Below, one piece after another: positions 57,500 through 64,000 of a stretch of 64,000 nt of DNA. Below the pieces are notes generated by a model, which did not search any database, was not told where the DNA came from, and saw nothing but the letters and a program-made list of their open reading frames with translations. The stretch's first letter is position 1. The number at the start of each line of letters is the position of its first letter. The position numbers and the translations under genes are program-made. This DNA comes from Iphione sp. A-MEVVRFRX5 (taxonomy: Eukaryota), in contig OZ320319.1 in assembly GCA_976226885.1 (NCBI GenBank), positions 67,704,001-67,768,000 on the forward strand, written 5' to 3'.

Positions 57500-60252
57500 T
57501 CGATGTCACTGGAGAAAATTGGTACTCGGCTGTATGCAACCAGGAGAGAACCAGGGCAACACCATGAAAGTAGCCAAAAAAAATTACAATGGGGCACAGA
57601 GGTACGGAAGACCAAGGGTGCTATACCCTATATATAAGCTCTAAGTTAAAGGTGCGCAAGCATGGCTGCTGGGAGGGCTGTGCTTTCAAGAGCAACCGCC
57701 ACAGCTAGCCGAGGGTTAAACACTCATCCTCTTTTTATGGTGTCGTATCGGATCATCAGGAATAGAGGCATAAAAGTGAAGCACACAAAGGAAATGGTTG
57801 CCCAGTCCATGAGGATGACCTTGGCCATTGCCTACCAATCACAGGGAAATGAGGCCCTTGACAAAGCATCTGGTCTTAGACGCGACTCGGCCGCGAATAG
57901 CAAGAATAAGCTGCTATCCCTTCCGTATTTGCATTGACCGACGCAGTGAGGACACACTACTCAGATACGGTCGTAAGGAGAGGTCATTGTCCTTAATTGG
58001 TATTTGCTCGCGAAACGTTCCAATAAGCATTTTCAAGCATTTTCGGGAATGTAAGCTCCATAAGGGACACAAGGGACTACAGCCTGTCCAAATTACAGGA
58101 TATAATCAAAAGCAAGACTTCCCCGGGCACCCATACTGATCCTACCTCCCTCTGGTCGGCTATCAAGGATCTAATAATAAGTTCGTTAGATGCCATTTGC
58201 CCCATAGTAAAAAGAGAAATCTATAAGAAACAATGCAGGCGTGTGAAACTAGACTATAACCTTATTGAACTTATTAAGGATAGAAGATATTATCTTTGTA
58301 AGTCAAGGAAGCATAATGATACTGACGCACACAATATCTACATGTTCCTGGATAAAAAGGTTAAAGAAGAACTTAGAAAAACGTATCAAAGATACTTTTA
58401 TAGCAAAGTCAAGGCCAGCTCTCGAAATTCCAAAAAGCTATGGAGGGTTATTCATGAAATTCTGGGGAAAGAATCTGGTGGAACTGATGTACAGATAAAG
58501 GTTGATGATCACTATATCAGGCCTGAGAATATTCCTGATGCGTTCAACAACTATTTTGTACATACAATTACCGAGATCACTAGTAAAACTCATAAGCAGG
58601 CCTATGACCGGCAGAGGCGTGGAAATGATGACATCCGCGTAACACCCTTCACCGAAAGAGAGGTAATCAAGGCTGTAAGTAACATAGATAACAATAAGAA
58701 AAGTAATATTCCATTCCTACAGACCCGAATACTCAAAGATGGCCTATTGTTACTCATCCCTGAACTGACCTCGCTATTTAACTTAATAATGGACAGTGGT
58801 GTATATGTAGACGAATGGAAAGTGGCCCGCGTAATTCCGGTCCACAAAAAAGGTAATAAAGAATCCCTATGCAATTTCAGGCCAATAAGTACCCTCCCTA
58901 TCCCTGGTAAGTTATTCGAAAAAATCTTTTGTAAAAAACTCTGTGGGGAATTAATGAGAACAGGATTTTGGTCAAACAGTCAGCACGGTTTTCTGCCGAA
59001 CAGGTCTACAAAAACAGCCATAGCAGAAATTTTGCAAAATTTATTTAACTTTCTAAGTGAAGGGTCCACTGTAGCAATTGCAATTTTTGACCTAACGAAA
59101 GCATTCGACGTCCTGGATCATAAAATTATATTGCAAGTCCTGAAAACTGAAGGTGCTGATGTCAATATCCAAAGTCTTATAAAAAATTATTTTGAAAATA
59201 GACAGCAATATGTTGATATCAAAGGTCGTGTATCTAGTAAACTATCGCAGAGACACGGGATTCCACAGGGTAGTATATTCGGACCCCTAGGATTTGCTAT
59301 GTCCATTAATGATATTGCCTTCAATACCCCCTCCCATACTAAATTAACGATGTACGCTGATGACATTACCTGTGTGATCAAAGGTGACACAGAATATGAA
59401 CTCCTAAGAAATATTGAACTAGCGTACTCCCATGTAGTGAACGGTGCTATGTTAATAACCTATTTATCAGCCATGACAAAAGCTGCTTTTGCATTATTGG
59501 GGGAGGTCTAACCAATATAGAAAAGGTAGAACTTAGAGGCAATGTACTTTACAGGAAACCGTGCCTAAAAATTCTTGGGTACACTCTGAACGAAAGGCTT
59601 ACATGGAAAGAAACCATCAACAATACAATAAAACAAATTTGGTACAGTGCATACAACATCAGTAAAATCAAACAGTTTTTGCCTAAAGAAATAAGAGTGA
59701 ACTTATTCAAGACGTACATATACCCCCTGATTGACTACGTTGCACCGGTCATATGTGGTGCACACCAAAATAGCCTTATGAAACTCAGGAGAACGTACAA
59801 TAAGAGTGCACGGGTCATTATTGGTAATGGTATTAATACTCCCAACCCTATCTTACTATACAACATTGACAATATGGACCACCGAGTGTTTATATCAGCC
59901 CTTCAGCTGATTCATCTATTAGTTATAAGTGGAAGAGTTCCCATAAAAAATTATACTGTCACAAGGAAAGGGCAAAATGTCAACATCAAACTATACAGAA
60001 GCAAGAAAACAGTAATAAGAAGATCAATGTATGAAATATGTGTAAAACAATGGAATGACTTACCTCTTGATGTAAAAAATAGTACGAACAATAAGGAATT
60101 TACCAGAAAGTTGCGAAGATTGTATAATCTATAACACCATGCACACCCTTGTTTGTATACAATGATGTAATGTGTCAGCTTCGGAACAGCTCCCATGGGA
60201 GAGATTCATTGTGACAATAAAATCAATTTCAAATTTCAAATTTCAAATTCAA
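57500..60252 (+). mobile_element. CR1/L2-group LINE with near-intact RT region, ruined endonuclease region and (TTTCAAA)n tail
   Basis: Motifs: WKVARVIP, NFRPISTLP, QHGF, FDLTKAF, GIPQGSIFGP, YADD, KQWNDLP. AATAAA at 60216 is followed by tandem TTTCAAA units. EN-like remnants are scattered over several frames at 57500-58020. The 5' limit is uncertain. Confidence 0.92.
58027..60134 (+). pseudogene. LINE ORF2 linker-RT-C-terminal region with a single frameshift at about 59438
   Basis: One frame is stop-free from 58027 to 59511. The -1 frame is open from 59439 to 60134 (ERCYVNNLFISHDKS...LKILGYTLNERLTWKE...). Confidence 0.9.
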
Positions 60253-63200
60253 AGCGCACTGTCATTAACTGTACGCCCTCTGGTGAGTGTACTTGGCGTG
60301 AATAGTGGTGATGACGCAACGGTGCGAAATTACTTCCAGTCATCTTGGGAGATGCTACTATTATTTACTATGTTAATGTCATTTAACATTGTCAGTTAGC
60401 AAATTAGACTTTGAGTCTGTAACAGCTCAATCCCATGTGTGCCATATTCTGTATACAAATGAAAGTCAACTATTCAATTGCCTCGAAAATGTATGCGCTG
60501 GTAAAAAAAATACGAATTTTTCTGTATAATGTATTACCAGGGGATATAAAGTTATAATCCGTCCTCTGGCGTGACGGATGATTGTTTCTTTGTCGTTGTT
60601 TTTTTCTAGGCTATTCCCTGAATGTTAAAACAAGCACATCGCCACCGACGTAAAACGTCCGATGTGACTATGATGGCGATCGCCTACCGCCTCATATCAG
60701 CATGACATTGTTTCCAGCTTTAGACAGCCAAGGGCTTTAAGCATTTATAAGTGAATGAGGTCTGCTAGAGTGATTCCCGTCGGGGAAGGCGACGGTCGCG
60801 TGACCCTGTCGACTTCCTACTACATTCATTTACACACAGGAAGCGGGAATTGCTCGCTGCAAATCATTGTGTCCGCGTCGACGCCATCGCGTTGACAGGA
60901 GTCCGGCCTGAAACAACTATATATGCCGACCCGAAGAAGTCTGCCTGGTGTGCCTGTTAGGTTTCGACAACTGCCTCTATATGCTGACTGCATCTGGTAG
61001 ATCAGACGCACAAAAGCTTTATTACTATGCTTATTGCTACAATACATATTTCTTTTACGTGGTAATGGCACTGGAACCTATCCGCGCTGGCAAATAATCT
61101 CTCGACAGCTACCAGTTGTGTGGAAAGTTCATAATCATATGTATACATGTACAAGTGTAACAACTAATAAAGAAATGTTTCCAGTATTAGCATGTTAATG
61201 TGTCGACACAGAATATAAATGTTAAATTACTCTTAATACGCTGATGTTAATTGTAGTAGTTCCATAACATTATACACCAAACCCATTTATATTTTCTAAT
61301 AAACACTTTTACTGTATTTAAAAAGCCTGTAAACATGTGCCTCAATTTACTTGTAATGACGCATGCAGGCGCGTTTTTGTACTAATGCATTTACATGTAT
61401 AAAAACCGTTTAACAAAACGTGTTTAGGACTAAACACTTGCGCTTACAGTGCAGCCACATACACATGAACATATTAATACAGATGCTTAAAGTGGCAAAG
61501 ATTATTTTTGAAACAACGACATGCAATGTAAATTCATCCGCCCTAGTGGCATACTCGTGCCGTTTCAAGCAGCAATTTCCTATGTCATTATAACTGAAAG
61601 CCTTGTAATAGAGTACAGAGTATGCATGTGTACATGCATGTGTATATGTGCCAACACGGTACGCCGCTCGAGTGTCTTGTCTTAGCTCCTCTCAGCGTCA
61701 AGTACCGTTAGATTGTGAGTGACTCCTGCTGCCTGCATACTGGGCTCTGCTTGTCGAAGGAGTCAGCATCCGGAGCTATAGGACAGTTAATACTCTTACA
61801 ACATGTATGCAGATAGTGATTCAACCAATTAGACCTCCTCATCGATTTACGTTTCCTAGAAATTAGTGCATGACATTATCCTCCCCACTCTGGACTGTAA
61901 GATGGCGACTAGAAGGCAATATCTGCATTACGAAACACCTGCAGAATATACACGTATTGTGGTTCGCCAGCAGCTGACTGTTGGAGTGATATTTCAGTAA
62001 GATGTGCACTGTATAATAATCTAAACAAAGCACACAACATATATGAGACTACTCATATAAGCAGAGCGCTTCGCAAGTAAAAGGTGCCTTTACTTTCCTG
62101 TTTGATTGTGATACAAGTGAGACCCTGGTAAATTGATCACAGTAGGCTCTACGGGATTCATGATCCTCCATGTCACTATACTAAACACATACCGCTGGGC
62201 CTCAAATTCAACATGCTCGTCTTCGGCCCAGAAACCAACATACTTGGCAACTACGAATATTGCAGGCATATAAATGGCCCAGGGATATTATAGTACGGCA
62301 TTGAATTCCTGTAACAATGATATACGTGATGGAAATTTTGATTGAGGGAAATCTGTTAAACACACAGCCTTATGCTAGTTCACTACAATTCATCGTGTTT
62401 ATGTGTGAGGAGTGTGTCACCGTTCTCATTTTTTGTCATCACTGTGATTAACGAGGCAAGCCAGGAATTCAACCGGGCGGGATTTTACTAATGAGAGCCG
62501 GTTTGGGCCGGTTTGAATCCTGCATGCTTTCGTCCTGAAGGTTGCTTCAACTACTCCAAAGAGGACACAGGTGCAGTTGATGGCGTCTTGTATGGATTTG
62601 GACATTCTGTTTTGCATTTAATTACCTTGCTCCCAGAAGAATGACCGATCTAAGTTCTATGAGCACCAAAATGTGGATGGCAGCGGGTAACATTCTTCTT
62701 TCCTGTCGACGTCGTGGTCTTCACAAACTACCGCTGTGAGCATGTGTGTACTGCACTTGGCTCTAACACCTTTGGCCAAACGTACTTAACTTCCTCCCCA
62801 CCATAGTGCCAGTGATCCGAGGGAATTGCTTTTGTTCCCGCTCAATCTTCTGTTGCATTATTTCAACGGACGGCAATGCTCTCATGTTGAAATAATCTAA
62901 TCTTCACCTCAGTAATTTGATGAATATCTAACAAAAGAATTTACAATGGCAAATTTGTGTGTGTCCCATATATATATACATGTATAAATGCCTCCATAAA
63001 ATAAAGAGTTCCGTGACGAATCAGAGTTGCGACGATGAATTATCCAGCTTACAATAGCCCGACGAGCAAGAATTAGGGGAACGGGGAACACGCAGCGCAC
63101 GCTCGGAGTGATCAATATTTCCGACCCGTGGGTCACAGGAAACCACGATAAATGAAACAGGAGTGAAAGGTTGATGGTTCCTTGGGAAAGCAGATGGCGT

Positions 63201-63511
63201 AAGTCGATCAATAATAGCTAAAGCCATGGCGGAGTCAGCGGATCTTTTTCCCCCCGTGTTCAGTCAGGGTGGACGTATGTCGGAAGATATATAATAGCAG
63301 ATGAGGAGTGGCTACAATGGTAGGCGATAAGATCTCACAGCAGCCAAGTATGCATGATAGGACTTGACCGGTATAGGGGATGACTGTGGCGGCCCGTGTC
63401 CCATCATCTGGCCAGCCTATTCCGTGAGCGCTATTTGCCGTCTGCTAGTCACTTAGAAGTGGAGATATCCTCATACGAGTGAGGGCGTCGCGAAGCAGGC
63501 AAACCACTTAC

Positions 63512-63544
63512 AGAAGAAGCCTTATCCCATGCTGAAGCCATCAT
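63512..63544 (-). CDS. Possible first coding exon of the NDRG-like gene (MMASAWDKASS)
   Basis: AACACCATGATGG start context and a consensus TCT|GTAAGT donor. There is no homology support, and linkage to the gene is inferred only from strand and position. Confidence 0.25.
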
Positions 63545-64000
63545 GGTGTTGTTCCGATTTACTACAAATTTTCGTTGAACATGATTTATTACGGCTGAGA
63601 GTCAGTGAAACGTTACGTTTGGACACTACGGAAGTCACCGACCAGACCGTTCTTAGAATATTTAAGTAGAAGAAAGTAACGTTTTGATAAAGGACGAGAT
63701 ACAGAGTAGACTGGTTAATCAGAAGTCATCAGCACACTTCTGATCAGCCGTTGACATTATATGTATATTTCATTGTACTGACGAAAGGTGTACTCATCAG
63801 GGCAGGTAAGGGTCCCCTAACCACTTGACTTCACCGTGGATACACGATGGCAATGCTACAAGGTTGCCTCCAGTTGGCATTTCCTGTCGGTGGTTCCCCA
63901 GCCTTCTGTGCCAATATAAATGTAAATGCCCGGTCGAGGTTGTCCAGCGGTGCCCCAACCTGGCGACCGAAGAAACACGAGAGCAAGCCCTTCTAAATGA

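Noticed and set aside
57167-57637. 156-aa Pro-rich ORF upstream of the LINE RT
   Set aside because: No coherent ORF1 or EN domain in this frame. Consistent with a GC-rich decayed 5' part of the element.
63780-64000. GC-richer segment at the window end, resembling a retroelement or SINE edge
   Set aside because: Truncated by the window and lacks diagnostic motifs.

Overview
This is eukaryotic (invertebrate metazoan) genomic DNA of moderate GC content, with spliceosomal GT-AG introns and many transposon fossils. It contains no rRNA, CRISPR or prokaryotic features. Most ORF-track entries are noise; the real genes only appear after splicing by hand. (1) A + strand gene for a strongly divergent heterotrimeric G-protein alpha subunit, with 7 frame-consistent coding exons at 13776-25721 and a probable first exon at about 7150-7303. 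It keeps the catalytic Arg and Gln, NKxD and CAT. It has an altered P-loop (GGASSGKS), a DVAGQKSQ switch II, a ~55-aa Gly/Ser insertion in the helical domain and a non-canonical C-terminus (..NMRKASAPF). (2) A - strand NDRG-family gene of the ZK1073.1/CG2082-like type, with 11 frame-consistent exons at 48762-36046, a candidate 12-nt microexon and a 54-nt duplication in the tail. Its 5' exon(s) are unresolved. The two genes face each other tail-to-tail. (3) Two related CR1/L2-group LINEs: a decayed one at about 1.1-4.4 kb (-), and one at 57.5-60.25 kb (+) whose RT half is almost intact while its endonuclease half is destroyed. (4) PIF/Harbinger-like, Tc1/mariner-like and 5-bp-TSD hAT-like MITEs, a tRNA-derived SINE, a piggyBac-like fossil and microsatellites. 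All calls come from manual reading and translation; no database search was run.
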